Position numbers and translations under genes: made by a program. A stretch of 64,000 bases of DNA from Ignisphaera sp. (GTDB lineage: Archaea; Thermoproteota; Thermoprotei_A; Sulfolobales; Ignisphaeraceae). Below are positions 1 to 10,782 of the stretch, in pieces. Positions within the stretch are counted from its first letter, which is position 1. Each line of letters opens with the position of its first letter. The notes below the pieces were generated by a model that made no database searches, was not told the origin of the DNA, and saw only the letters and a program-made list of their open reading frames with translations. The stretch is taken from NCBI GenBank assembly GCA_038889075.1, contig JAWAHS010000002.1, forward strand, positions 204,930-268,929, given 5' to 3'.

Positions 1-2
1 CT

Positions 3-1256
3 CCTCCACTTGGTGAACTTAGTTACATTCCGGAGGTATATGGTTGGGATTTCTGGTTTAGGTACAATCCATACGCAGAATGGTATTACAATACACTAAG
101 GATATCCGGAAGTGCCACGGCCATATTTCACGAACTTGTCTATGGTAGAGATTTTCGCTATGAAATGTTTGCCAAGATATTTGAAGAGGAGTCAAGCAAG
201 TGGAGGTCATCTGAATGGGTTAAGCTATTTACTAAAAGTGGTATAGGATATGTGGTCTTTGTTACCAAGCACCATGATGGTTATCTTCTTTGGCCAAGTA
301 GTGTAGTAAATCCTAGAAAGCCGAATTGGTTTTCTACAAGGGATTTTGTAGGTGAACTAGAGAGGGACTGCAGATCTTCGGGTATAAAATTTGCAACATA
401 TTATTCAAGTGGTATTGACTGGACATTCAACACTACTATTATAGATGGCCATGAATCGTTTAAAAAAGCAGTTGTATTTGGTGACGATTATAGAGACTAT
501 CTTAGAAAGCATTGGTATGAGCTTATAGAAAAATACAAACCCGATATACTATGGAGTGATATAGGGTATCCATTTGAGGAAGATCTACCAGAGCTATTTT
601 CATACTACTACAATACTGTTGAGAATGGTCTTGTAAATGATAGATTTACAAAGAAGTACTACGATTTTATTACACCTGAATATAGACTCGTTACCAAGAT
701 CTCTGATGTAAAGTGGGAGACTGTTAGAGGATTGGGCTATTCATTTGGATATAATAGAGCTGAGGGATCCGAACACAGTCTATCCTATGAAAAGCTTGTA
801 CACCTATTAATAGATGTTATTAGCAAGAATGGCAATCTACTCTTAGGTGTTACACCAAAAGTAGATGGAACGATACCTGAACATCAAGTAGAAACACTTC
901 TAAGACTTGGACAGTGGTTAAAGATCTATGGCGAAGCTATATATGGGACAAGACCATGGTTGCAAGCTGAAGGTATTGCAATAGGATCTGAAGATGCTAT
1001 TTCACTTAGATTTGTTAAAAAAGAGGATAAGCTATATGTATTCCTACTAGGAAAACCAAAATCTAGGAAAATAATCATAAAACCATTTGATGGTACAATA
1101 AGGGGTGGGAGCGATACACATATTGAAATGATTGGCGAGGAACCTATTAGCTGGAAGCAGACAGCTTATGGAATTGAAATTGAAATTCCAAGATATCTCT
1201 ACCCAACACCAGCCTATGTCATAAAGATAGAGCCGATACCACATATAGAGAAATAA
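3..1256 (+). CDS. fucA: Alpha-L-fucosidase, GH29 (5'-truncated by window edge)
   Basis: Motifs TKHHDGY, WSDIGYP (nucleophile Asp region), VNDR, WETVRG.GYSFGYN, SKNGNLLL. The frame stays open upstream of the ORF-track start at 165 to base 3 and encodes NPYAEWY, so the true start lies before the window. Confidence 0.9.
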   Translation, partial: PPLGELSYIPEVYGWDFWFRYNPYAEWYYNTLRISGSATAIFHELVYGRDFRYEMFAKIFEEESSKWRSSEWVKLFTKSGIGYVVFVTKHHDGYLLWPSSVVNPRKPNWFSTRDFVGELERDCRSSGIKFATYYSSGIDWTFNTTIIDGHESFKKAVVFGDDYRDYLRKHWYELIEKYKPDILWSDIGYPFEEDLPELFSYYYNTVENGLVNDRFTKKYYDFITPEYRLVTKISDVKWETVRGLGYSFGYNRAEGSEHSLSYEKLVHLLIDVISKNGNLLLGVTPKVDGTIPEHQVETLLRLGQWLKIYGEAIYGTRPWLQAEGIAIGSEDAISLRFVKKEDKLYVFLLGKPKSRKIIIKPFDGTIRGGSDTHIEMIGEEPISWKQTAYGIEIEIPRYLYPTPAYVIKIEPIPHIEK

Positions 1257-1533
1257 GAAGTACATCCAATTCTACGTTTTTAAAGTTGTTATTTGTGGAT
1301 TAAAAGGCCTCTATCCCAAGGTGGAGATAAAGGCTTCCAAATTAACGTGTATCTAGCTGTATTCTTAGGATGGTTAGGTAAGGTAAGGATAGAGCATGTT
1401 ATCTTAATCCAACTCCCTAGCTAGGAGTGTGCTGTCTGGGACTGGATGTAGTATCAGATTCTCATTAAAGATAGTGCAATTTAAATTGAGTAGGAGTTGT
1501 ACAGAGATTCGATTAAATTTCTACTTAATTTAA

Positions 1534-3381
1534 CTAGATGGATTGGAGTTGATTATAGAATTGATCTGATACACGTTTTACATCCTCTATCGATGCAGTG
1601 ATTTTCTTTATATTCAGTTTAAGTCTCCTTATTATCAGTGGATTTTTATACCTTCTATCGGCAAGGATTATAAGAGCATGATCATTTTCAGATCTTATTG
1701 CTCTTCCTATCGCTTGCATAACCCTAGTTATAGCCACTTCCGTATAGTAATCTACTTTTAAGTCTTCCCTATCTTTTGTATTCCTTAAAATCGTTTTTAT
1801 ATAATCATCAGGCTGAGGATAGGGCATGCCTATTGCAATAACGCATTTTATTATACTTTCACCATCCTTTACAAGTTCAACGCCTTCTGCAAGCCTTCCA
1901 CCAGCAATTGTATGGAGTATGGCATCTTCCTTCGAAAATAGCAGATTTCTTATGATTGGAAGAGGTTCTCCACCATCGATAACCGAATTATTAGAACGGT
2001 TAAGATATTTCAGTATACTCCACATAACCTCATAGCTTGGGTAGATAACCATGGTAACCCACCTTTTGTTATTACCGTGAACCTTCTCAATGAGTTCAGC
2101 ATACACTCTATACATGTATTCATCTCTGGCTCTATAGCTTGTAGTAGAACCTGCGAATATCAATGTATATGAATTTTCACGAATATAGTTTGGAGCTCCA
2201 AATTCTTCAACATCGATATCCGCAATATCTCCTCTGACAGAGACTACATGGCTGAGAAATTCCTTTGAAGGAGGAGTGCCACTCATCATGATAACAAGTT
2301 TGAACTGTTCAAGCATTTTTCTGAGAGGATCGAAAGAAACCGGCAATGCATGCAGCTCTACTTCAGCATTAAATGATGTTAAGGCAAATAAGTCAAAGTC
2401 TTCTTGGAAGAGGGTCTCTAGAAATTTTGAAGTATACAAAATCTTTAAATCCGTAGCCATAACCTTATCTACAGAGCTTCCAATGGTAGATACTATCTCC
2501 ATAGCTATATCAGTTGCAATTGATGAAATTCTCTCTACCAGCGATTTCTCTAATCCAATTCCATCCTTACCAATGTATTTAAAGCCTCTACCATCAACTC
2601 TAATCATTCCTAGCATACTTAATATATCAATAACGTCTTTTTCGTCAGATCTGTATTTTAGAATCTCTTCAATAGCATTTCTAATTGAATTGAGTTTGAT
2701 GGAATCACCCATGATGCCTCCAATATTGTGGATATTATGGGCTTCATCAATTATAAGGAGTGTCTTCTGGGGATTTATATGGGAGAGGGTTGATAGCAAT
2801 ATACGTTCTTTGAATAGATATGGATAGGTTGCTATTGTTAGATATGTATGGTTTGAAAGTGATAATAGGGAGAAGTAGGGACATACACCAGCTTTGCTTG
2901 ATAGGTTTCTAGCTATTGTAAAGTGGTCTTCAGAGGCATTGACGATTCTCTTAATAACCTCTATAGACGATCCAATCGCTCTACTATAGTATTGGCACCT
3001 ACCTTGAATTCTAAGAATGGAGCAGAACGTCCAGAAGCCTTCATTAGATACGGCTTTATCTACAGCATATGGACACATTCTTCTACCACTGTAGAGTACT
3101 GTAAACTCTACACCAATATTCCTAGCTTCCCTTATAACAGGGTCGAGCTCATTTCTAGTTCTAACCAAATACAGAATTCTATCAACATCACCCCTTTCAA
3201 CTATTTTAATAGCTGAGTAGAGTACCGATACCGTCTTTCCAAAACCAGTTGGAGCACAAATGTTGATAATGGACATCCTTTTACTAGAATTTAGTATAGC
3301 ATTCACCAACTCGAGTTGGCCAATCCTTGCTATCTTATATGGAAAAGTATAGATCTTTTCATAATCCATGGGATACAGCAT
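1534..3381 (-). CDS. xpd: XPD/Rad3-family Fe-S DNA helicase
   Basis: Walker A APTGFGKT, four Cys of the Fe-S domain (two CPY motifs), DEAH box, SGT, AEGVE, QAIGRAIRS motif VI. Confidence 0.9.
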   Translation of the reverse strand: MLYPMDYEKIYTFPYKIARIGQLELVNAILNSSKRMSIINICAPTGFGKTVSVLYSAIKIVERGDVDRILYLVRTRNELDPVIREARNIGVEFTVLYSGRRMCPYAVDKAVSNEGFWTFCSILRIQGRCQYYSRAIGSSIEVIKRIVNASEDHFTIARNLSSKAGVCPYFSLLSLSNHTYLTIATYPYLFKERILLSTLSHINPQKTLLIIDEAHNIHNIGGIMGDSIKLNSIRNAIEEILKYRSDEKDVIDILSMLGMIRVDGRGFKYIGKDGIGLEKSLVERISSIATDIAMEIVSTIGSSVDKVMATDLKILYTSKFLETLFQEDFDLFALTSFNAEVELHALPVSFDPLRKMLEQFKLVIMMSGTPPSKEFLSHVVSVRGDIADIDVEEFGAPNYIRENSYTLIFAGSTTSYRARDEYMYRVYAELIEKVHGNNKRWVTMVIYPSYEVMWSILKYLNRSNNSVIDGGEPLPIIRNLLFSKEDAILHTIAGGRLAEGVELVKDGESIIKCVIAIGMPYPQPDDYIKTILRNTKDREDLKVDYYTEVAITRVMQAIGRAIRSENDHALIILADRRYKNPLIIRRLKLNIKKITASIEDVKRVSDQFYNQLQSI

Positions 3382-3405
3382 CCCTGGAATGCTGTCGATT
3401 TATCG

Positions 3406-4404
3406 CTATGAAATACTGATGCCAAGTTCCCTTTTCAAATGCTTGAGAGCTTCGATAACAACACTGAGTTTTTCTAAGGCTACTCTATACTCCTTTTCTT
3501 CATCTCCTAACAATCCTCTTAAGCCTCCGAAACCACAGTCTCCGGAGACCAAATCTATTCTACTACCTATCTTTTCATATAGCCTTTTAAGTATATTAAG
3601 TGATTCCTCAATGCTTTCCACAGTAGGTTTAGATGCGCTTACTATACCAGGTGATATTATCTTGTCATACTTTTCTAAGAGAGTTTTATCGAGAATGTCC
3701 ATGTTTTTTGGATTTGAATAGAATTCAAAGCTATAGTATTTGATTCCATCAATCTGAACTATAAGGTCGAAAAGCCTTTTATTTAGAGGACCACATATAT
3801 GAATGCCAACCTCGGATCCAGATGCCTTCTTAGCCAAATTGCTGAGAATTTCTATAATCGTATCTTCCGTCCATCCAAATAGTATTCTCTTACCAACTAA
3901 AAGGATAAGGCTTGGTTCATCAAAAAATACTATACTGTAACCAATATCTTTGATAAAGTCTATAATCTTAGAAACATACCTTTTAAAGAAGTTCTCTACA
4001 ATATACACATTCGCCATACCGGTTGCATATAATCCTCTTGAGGTATCCTCAGAGAGGTAAACCCTTGAGGCTAGTGTAAAGGCACCTGTTATAGGGGCTC
4101 TAAAACCTTTAAAAACCAATCCACTATCCTTTACAATAGACATGGCTATGTAGGCATCAGGTATTTCGATGCTAAAATTAAAATTCTGCGTCATCTGAAG
4201 CTTTTCGTATGAAGAGAAATATACGCCCTTTCTATTTTCGACTATGCCAAGGTTTTCGAGAGGCTTTAAATATATGTCGATAAAGCTTCTAAGTTGTGGA
4301 AAGGTGGGAACATCGATACCGATATCGAATAGATCAAAAAGTACGCGTCTAATGTTATTAAAATTGTAACTTAGAGGGAAGCTACCAACATGGCTAGACC
4401 TCAT
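3406..4404 (-). CDS. Cobalamin-independent methionine synthase catalytic-core (MetE C-half) family protein
   Basis: N-terminal HVGSFP, DEP, zinc ligands HICG and GDCGF; 332 aa single barrel. Confidence 0.75.
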   Translation of the reverse strand: MRSSHVGSFPLSYNFNNIRRVLFDLFDIGIDVPTFPQLRSFIDIYLKPLENLGIVENRKGVYFSSYEKLQMTQNFNFSIEIPDAYIAMSIVKDSGLVFKGFRAPITGAFTLASRVYLSEDTSRGLYATGMANVYIVENFFKRYVSKIIDFIKDIGYSIVFFDEPSLILLVGKRILFGWTEDTIIEILSNLAKKASGSEVGIHICGPLNKRLFDLIVQIDGIKYYSFEFYSNPKNMDILDKTLLEKYDKIISPGIVSASKPTVESIEESLNILKRLYEKIGSRIDLVSGDCGFGGLRGLLGDEEKEYRVALEKLSVVIEALKHLKRELGISIS

Positions 4405-4679
4405 AGAGACCCCTTCAGCTACTGGGGTAAACTTAATTCAGGAGGTTATATATCTAGGAGAAAGCAAATCTTTGACGGATTTTTACATCCAAATCATATT
4501 CTATGTTTCAACTTTTAAGTATTGCTAAAATTGATGTAACTTTATAGTCATGCTATATACTTTTTACCTGCTCGGTAAACCACATAATATTGTATCTTTA
4601 GCGGTGTCGTCTTCTTTAGGTCCTAGAATTTGATAGGGTTTTTAAGTAGGTATACAGTGGGATAGTATATCGAGTGCAT

Positions 4680-6152
4680 TCAGCTAGCTCTATTATTTGC
4701 TAGTAATGGTATAGTGGCTAGTGTGGAGCCTATTAATATCCATATGGGCGAGGGTAGCGAAAATAGCAGAGGAGTTGTCAATGCTTTTGAAAATCCATAG
4801 ATCACTACTGTGTATGCTAGGATAAGTTCGCCAACTACTATGGATAGCAATGGATATACAAAGCCATTCCTTTTCCTCCGTATTGTGTTTCTCCTAGCTA
4901 TACCCACAATCGTTATTGGTGCTAGAGGAAGTAGTCCTGCAGATGATATTACCGAGAGTTCTACTATGTATCCTACCCTCATTATACTTGCTAGTGAAGC
5001 TAGTGTAAGGAGTAGAAGTACGGCTACTACTGATATTGCTTTTGAGGTTTTTTCGTTTGGATTAGTAGAGACCTTCTCATAAAGATCCCTAACAATCGAG
5101 CTTGATACAGTTAGAACAATAGAGTTTGCTGTTGATATGGCAGCTGCTGTTATACCTACGTATGCTATAGCTGCTAGAATTGGATGCGAAAGTGTTAACA
5201 TAAATGGTGTTACTAAATCTCTATTTCCTAGAAGTACACTCTCCATATCTTTTCTATTTAGAGATACATAGCTCCTAAATAACATTCCTAAGAGTACGCA
5301 TATGATAGTATATACAAAGCCGTACAGCGCAAAATATTTAACAGTCCTCATATACGCTCTTTCATCTCTAGGTATATAAAGCCTCTGTACAACCTGTGGG
5401 TTAGTTAATGCGAAGAATATCCATGGAACCGTAAGACCTATGAACATCTGGGGGCTCCACGTAAATGAAAGCAGGTTACCATTAGAGCTACTGGTAAGAC
5501 TCCTAATGAAAGTATGGTAATCTATACCACCAATTGGTAGTAGGAATGATACTATCCATATAATAATTGCAATACTCGATCCTAGCATCCATATCCCCTG
5601 AAATGCATCTGTTGTAGCAACACTCCATAGACCCGCTATAAGTATCCAGAATGCAATTGCAGTAAATGCAAATAGTATCCCATATTCGTATCCTAGAGCA
5701 ATAGAGCCGAATATCTCTCCAATACCCTTAAGCTGTGCTGCGGTATACGGCACTAATGTAAATAGATATACGAGAGCAACGGCTATACCAATAGCTTTGG
5801 AACCGTATAGATCTGATATCATTTCGGATGGACTTACCCACCCCCTTCTCCTGGCCTCATACCAGATTTTAGGTCCTATAGACCCCAATATAATAACGGT
5901 TGAAGCTAGATATACTAATTCAAAGCCTAGAGCAGCAACACCTCCTACAAATGTTAATCCAACTAAACCAACCATCATAAAAGCACTGTAGGTTGTTGCC
6001 GCATATGTCATCGCGGATAGAAATCCCCCGACCCTATAGCCTCCTACAAAGAATTCTCTAGCACCTCTACCGAGATACCTTCTGCTAAGCCATGCTACTA
6101 TAGATCCTACAATAAAAAATAGTGCTAAGATAGCTACGTATAATTCCTTCAT
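4680..6152 (-). CDS. Sodium:solute symporter (SSS, PanF/PutP-like)
   Basis: About 13 hydrophobic segments; YAATTYSAFMMVG, GLWSVATTDAFQG, PQVVQRLY, AAAISTANS motifs. Confidence 0.9.
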   Translation of the reverse strand: MKELYVAILALFFIVGSIVAWLSRRYLGRGAREFFVGGYRVGGFLSAMTYAATTYSAFMMVGLVGLTFVGGVAALGFELVYLASTVIILGSIGPKIWYEARRRGWVSPSEMISDLYGSKAIGIAVALVYLFTLVPYTAAQLKGIGEIFGSIALGYEYGILFAFTAIAFWILIAGLWSVATTDAFQGIWMLGSSIAIIIWIVSFLLPIGGIDYHTFIRSLTSSSNGNLLSFTWSPQMFIGLTVPWIFFALTNPQVVQRLYIPRDERAYMRTVKYFALYGFVYTIICVLLGMLFRSYVSLNRKDMESVLLGNRDLVTPFMLTLSHPILAAIAYVGITAAAISTANSIVLTVSSSIVRDLYEKVSTNPNEKTSKAISVVAVLLLLTLASLASIMRVGYIVELSVISSAGLLPLAPITIVGIARRNTIRRKRNGFVYPLLSIVVGELILAYTVVIYGFSKALTTPLLFSLPSPIWILIGSTLATIPLLANNRAS

Positions 6153-6340
6153 CCTACTTCACCTTTTAAAGTTCTTTCCAAAATCTTAAATCCAATAATT
6201 ATCGCAAGTAGCGTCAAAACTATCCAGTACAGAAACATCCCAAGCTCGATGGTACTTACCATCATTTCTGAAAGCCATTTAAACATTGGAATATAGAATA
6301 GCACTACGATAACTATAGCTAAGGCTATCAAGGTTTTCAC
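6149..6340 (-). CDS. Small two-TM symporter-associated membrane protein
   Basis: GTG at 6340 preceded by a GGTGA RBS; 63 aa, two hydrophobic helices; stop overlaps the symporter start. The longer ORF-track start (6553) overlaps the divergent gene and is unlikely. Confidence 0.7.
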   Translation of the reverse strand: MKTLIALAIVIVVLFYIPMFKWLSEMMVSTIELGMFLYWIVLTLLAIIIGFKILERTLKGEVG

Positions 6341-6353
6341 TCTCAATTCACCG

Positions 6354-6369
6354 TTAAACGTTTGTTTAA
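6354..6369. promoter_or_regulatory. Palindromic candidate operator TTAAAC-N4-GTTTAA in the divergent promoter
   Basis: Perfect 6-bp arms between the minus-strand TATA-like TTATAAAC (6379-6386) and the GTG at 6340. Confidence 0.45.
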
Positions 6370-6419
6370 ATGAGAACAGTTTATAAGCCTTATATACAAA
6401 ATCTATGTATATGTAATAT

Positions 6420-7445
6420 ATGGTGGAAGTGGCTGGAATGGCTCCAGAGCTTTCCCAAAGAATTCTAGATCTACTCTCTAGTAACCCCAGTGGTATTCCA
6501 CAGTCACATATACACAGAGCGCTGGGTGTTTCAAAGGCATATGTAAGTATCATTTTAAAGGATATGGAGAGACGCGGCGTTATTTATAGAGATAAGGTCG
6601 GAAATTCATATATAGTTAAACTAGCTACTAAACCTAGCCAGATTGGTAGAAAATTAAAGCTTGGCATAGTATGGTCAAGCGAGTATCTATTTCTAGGACA
6701 CTTCGCTAAAGCTCTTAGAAATGTACTTGGTTTAGATCTTGCTATTACTGTATATCCCAGTGCATTACAAGCAACATCAGCTATTATTAGAGGTGAGATT
6801 GATGCTGTTCTCAGTCCATTGGTAACCCAGCTGTATGCGTATATTTCAACAAAGAGTATAGTAATAGTTGGTGGTGGTGCTGGTGGTGGTGCGATGATAT
6901 ACGAATTCCCTAGAAGTAGATCAAATATTTTAATATCGAGTGAAGCATCATCAATGGATTTATGTAGAGTGGCTGCTTTGAAAAAGGGAGCAATAGAGCA
7001 GGAGGATGTAAGATACTTTGCCACACCTAGCGAAGCAATAGAGACCATTAGAAGGGGTAAAGCAAGGTACGCAGTTTTATGGCATCCTTTAACAGAATAC
7101 GTCAAATCTATAGATCACAGTAAGGTGGTAGAGTGTAGTGAATTTGAAGAATTAAAATACTGCTGCACTCTAGCAACATCAGGGAATATGGATATAGAGA
7201 CTGTTAAAAAAATTTCAATTGTATATAGAGATTCTATAGAGGAATTCCTAAAGCAACCTTTGAGATATTTAGACTGGTACTCGTCAATAACAGGAATAGA
7301 TACGACCTTACTTAAAAAAGCACTAAATGTCTATACATATACACCGGAAATTGATGCCAGGAGCGTCTGGAGGGTTATAGAGACATTAAATTTAAATGTT
7401 CCGCAAAAAAGTAGCGTGATCAAGGCCATTCTATCGCATTTCTAA
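6420..7445 (+). CDS. Putative transcription regulator: winged-HTH fused to a type-2 solute-binding (SsuA/NMT1-like) domain
   Basis: N-terminal GIPQSHIHRALGVSKAYVSIILKDMERRGVI wHTH. The remainder resembles SsuA/THI5 binding proteins (AIIRGEIDAVLSP, ARYAVLWHP, YCCTLA). No signal peptide. Confidence 0.75.
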   Translation: MVEVAGMAPELSQRILDLLSSNPSGIPQSHIHRALGVSKAYVSIILKDMERRGVIYRDKVGNSYIVKLATKPSQIGRKLKLGIVWSSEYLFLGHFAKALRNVLGLDLAITVYPSALQATSAIIRGEIDAVLSPLVTQLYAYISTKSIVIVGGGAGGGAMIYEFPRSRSNILISSEASSMDLCRVAALKKGAIEQEDVRYFATPSEAIETIRRGKARYAVLWHPLTEYVKSIDHSKVVECSEFEELKYCCTLATSGNMDIETVKKISIVYRDSIEEFLKQPLRYLDWYSSITGIDTTLLKKALNVYTYTPEIDARSVWRVIETLNLNVPQKSSVIKAILSHF

Positions 7446-7482
7446 TGTTAAACTGCATCCTGCATGTCGGTACTATTTTCAA

Positions 7483-8451
7483 TTATTTTTCATAGAGCCA
7501 GCACTTAACCTTTACACTATTGGCTATAAAATCTGGTGGCACGTTCTCAAGACACTTCTTCGTAGCATAGGGACATCTGGCAGCATATTTACATCCCTTG
7601 GCTAGAAACTCTTTCTCCTCTATAGTCCCCGTTAATTTTATTGCCTTCAACCATTTTTCTCTCCATTTGGGATCTGGCATAGGTGCTGATAGAAGTAGTG
7701 TTTGAGTATATGGGTGTTTAGGCTCGGTGAGTACCTTATCTACAGGACCCTGTTCTACAACCCATCCTCTGTACATAATGGCTATGTAGTCACTTATATA
7801 GTAAGCTGTTGAAAGATCGTGTGTTATGTATATAAATGATATCTTGAGATCATCCTTGAATTCCTTAAATAGATTCACTATAGTTACCCTAAGTGATGCA
7901 TCTAGCATTGAAACCGGTTCATCTGCTAATATAAGTCTCGGTCTCGTAATTAGTGCTCTAGCAATTGAAACCCTCTGTAGCTCTCCCCCAGAGAATTCTG
8001 ATGGATACTTTCCCTTAACCTTCTCTAAGCTTAGTCCAACCCTCTTGAGAACCTCCTCTATATGAGCATCAATTTCGTCTGCTTTAATTTTTGCGACGTT
8101 TTTGGCTGTTTCATAGAGGTAGTTGTAGACCTTTTTCAGTGGATTGAAAGATGCATAGGGATCCTGAAATACAGCCTGTACTTCTTTCCTAAACCATACT
8201 AGATCCTCACCTTTAAGCTTATGTATATTCCTACCTTTATATAGAACCTCACCATATTCTGGTACGTGTACTCCTAGAATTATCCTTGCTAAGGTAGTTT
8301 TTCCAGAACCACTTTCACCTGCGATAGTAAATATGAATGGTTTATCCTCAAGGGATATCGATACATCATCTATAGCTCTGAATTCAAAGCCAAACAAGCC
8401 ATATCTGAAGATCTTTACAACATTCTTTAACTCAAGCAATGCTTCACCCAC
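7483..8451 (-). CDS. oppF: Opp/Dpp-family ABC transporter ATP-binding protein
   Basis: [27 protein letters not shown]-terminal Cys-rich oligo_HPY domain. Confidence 0.92.
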   Translation of the reverse strand: MGEALLELKNVVKIFRYGLFGFEFRAIDDVSISLEDKPFIFTIAGESGSGKTTLARIILGVHVPEYGEVLYKGRNIHKLKGEDLVWFRKEVQAVFQDPYASFNPLKKVYNYLYETAKNVAKIKADEIDAHIEEVLKRVGLSLEKVKGKYPSEFSGGELQRVSIARALITRPRLILADEPVSMLDASLRVTIVNLFKEFKDDLKISFIYITHDLSTAYYISDYIAIMYRGWVVEQGPVDKVLTEPKHPYTQTLLLSAPMPDPKWREKWLKAIKLTGTIEEKEFLAKGCKYAARCPYATKKCLENVPPDFIANSVKVKCWLYEK

Positions 8452-8457
8452 ATTTCA

Positions 8458-9456
8458 TCACCTTTTCACGTATAGCCAACATGAAACAAATCTTTCTTTA
8501 CCGATATCTATTATAGGCGGTTCCTCCCTTCTACACACATCCATTGCATAGGGACATCGGGGATGGAATCTGCAGCCAGGTGGAGGACTAGTGAGATCAG
8601 GTGGTTGTCCCGCTAGACCTTTTCTAAGTGTTTTATCACCTATTCTAGGTAGAGACTCTATCAATGCTCTAGTATATGGATGTAGAGGATTCTCAAAGAT
8701 ATCTTCAGTTGCTCCAAGTTCAACGCCTTTTCCAGCATACATTATCAGTATTCTATTTGTAACCATTGCTTGTACACCCATGTCATGCGTCACTAGTATC
8801 AAGGTATTTTTCAATTCTCTCTGTTTATCTAGTAACATCTGTAGCACACCTCTCTGGACAACAACATCTACAGCTGTTGTTGGTTCATCAGCCAATATCA
8901 CCCTTGGTTTAAGCATAAGGGCGAGTGCTATAACTACCCTCTGTCTCATACCACCAGAAAGCTGATGAGGATAGGCATTCAAAACCTCTTTACTAAGCCC
9001 AAGACTTTCTATATAGTCTCGGGCAGTCTTATACGCCTCATCCTTATCAACATCCATATGCGTTCTAATGGTTTCAATAAAATGGTCACGTAACCTCTGT
9101 AGAGGATTCAACACATTCATAGAGTTCTGTGGTATATAGGATATGTGCTTCCACCACACTAATGTTCTATCCTTCAACGATAAAATATCTATACTCTGGT
9201 CATTAATACGAAGAGTAACGCTTCCCCTTTGTACAACAAGTGGAGGTCTTATATAACCATACAGAATTTTAAGAAGCGTAGACTTTCCACAACCAGACTC
9301 GCCAGCAATTCCCAGAACTTCGTTATTCTTTGCATAAAAATTTACATTGCTTACTGCATCCACATATACCATGTTATCATTAATCATAACATTATATCCT
9401 CCAGCTAGATTAACCGTATTCAGCACTATATCTGGATCAGACAACACCCTCACCAC
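8458..9456 (-). CDS. oppD: Opp/Dpp-family ABC transporter ATP-binding protein
   Basis: GESGCGKST, LSGGMRQR, ADEPTTA, HPYT, GCRFHPRCP. Confidence 0.92.
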   Translation of the reverse strand: MVRVLSDPDIVLNTVNLAGGYNVMINDNMVYVDAVSNVNFYAKNNEVLGIAGESGCGKSTLLKILYGYIRPPLVVQRGSVTLRINDQSIDILSLKDRTLVWWKHISYIPQNSMNVLNPLQRLRDHFIETIRTHMDVDKDEAYKTARDYIESLGLSKEVLNAYPHQLSGGMRQRVVIALALMLKPRVILADEPTTAVDVVVQRGVLQMLLDKQRELKNTLILVTHDMGVQAMVTNRILIMYAGKGVELGATEDIFENPLHPYTRALIESLPRIGDKTLRKGLAGQPPDLTSPPPGCRFHPRCPYAMDVCRREEPPIIDIGKERFVSCWLYVKR

Positions 9457-9753
9457 TACTTTCCATTTTCACCATCCGAAATCCTACCGCTATTGGATAT
9501 AGGATGTACAGTTTAAAAAACTTATCGTTACCTAAAGTAGCCGATCTTTTAAATGATCCATCAAGACCATAATATTCTGTCCTATCTAACCATGAATTCT
9601 CTAGTGGCAGTTACCCGTATATAATCCATCTCTAATATTCTGTATTGTATGGAATAGAAATGATGCATCTAAAGTTCATTTTACCAACTGCTTTAACTCT
9701 TCAACTAAAGTTAAAACTTGATGTCCGAATTTTAATAGTATATCGGTGCTGGT

Positions 9754-10782
9754 ATGGCTATACCTATTGTACTAACTGGTGTAGCTGTATGTGATATTAT
9801 AATCGCTAACCTTGAACGAATAGCAGAACCTGGCGATATAGTATATGTCTCAGGTTCATCATCGATTGAAATTGGTGGTCACCCGTGTAATATAGCTATA
9901 GATCTGGCTAAAATGGGTTACAAATCAAATGATATTATTGCTATTAGCTCTATTGGTAGGGATCTCTGTGGCGAATTTATTCTAAGTACTCTAAAGAAAT
10001 ACGGTATTGTAGTCGAATTTCAGATCGAAAGAAATTCGAATAGTAACAAGAATATAATTCTAGTTGTTAAGGATGAAGATAGAAGATTTCATGTTGATGT
10101 AGATGCGACAACAAAGTTATCCGTAGACCACGTTACTAATGTTATTAAAAGGTACAGACCCGGAATATTCTACATAGCGCCCGGTTTACTTGGCAATGTA
10201 GATGATAATTTAAGGAATATTTTCAGAGCATCAAAGGAGGTCGGCGCGATAAATATTACCGATATAGCTGCTGCTAAACCTTTTGGCAAGGATACCTGGA
10301 CTTTTCTTATAAACTCACTAGAGGTTGTTGATGTATTTCATGCAAATCTTTATGAGGCTAGGAGGGTTTTTGGTGTAGATAGCATTACCGAGATTATGAA
10401 GAGGATTCTCGGATTAGGTGTTAAAATAGCACTAATAACTAATGGTGAGAAAGGTGCATATCTTGCTAAAGACAACTATATAGTATATCAACCCGCATTT
10501 AAAGTAGAGGTTGTGGACCCTACCGGAGCTGGGGATGCTTTCCAAGCTGGCTTTATATATAAATTAGTTGATACTTTGAAAAACGACCTCAATCCAAACA
10601 AATTAGACAATTTAGAATTAGAAGAATTGAAGTATATACTTCTATGGGCTCAAGCTGCCGGAGCCTCGTGTGTAACAGGAATAGGTACTACATCATCAGT
10701 TTCGCGACAAAACATTGAACACCTTATTTTAAGCCAAGGGGATAGCATATTGAAGGCTACAAAGGTAGATGTACTAGAATAG
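9754..10782 (+). CDS. PfkB/ribokinase-family carbohydrate kinase
   Basis: GGHPCNIA and DPTGAGDAF PfkB signatures. Confidence 0.9.
   Translation: MAIPIVLTGVAVCDIIIANLERIAEPGDIVYVSGSSSIEIGGHPCNIAIDLAKMGYKSNDIIAISSIGRDLCGEFILSTLKKYGIVVEFQIERNSNSNKNIILVVKDEDRRFHVDVDATTKLSVDHVTNVIKRYRPGIFYIAPGLLGNVDDNLRNIFRASKEVGAINITDIAAAKPFGKDTWTFLINSLEVVDVFHANLYEARRVFGVDSITEIMKRILGLGVKIALITNGEKGAYLAKDNYIVYQPAFKVEVVDPTGAGDAFQAGFIYKLVDTLKNDLNPNKLDNLELEELKYILLWAQAAGASCVTGIGTTSSVSRQNIEHLILSQGDSILKATKVDVLE

Noticed and set aside
3-1256. Programmed frameshift in the fucosidase, as in Saccharolobus solfataricus fucA1
   Set aside because: The visible part is one uninterrupted frame from base 3; the 5' end is outside the window.
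1305-1336. Imperfect hairpin AGGCCTCTATC...GATAAAGGCTT between convergent genes
   Set aside because: Short and imperfect; cannot distinguish terminator, IS scar or chance.
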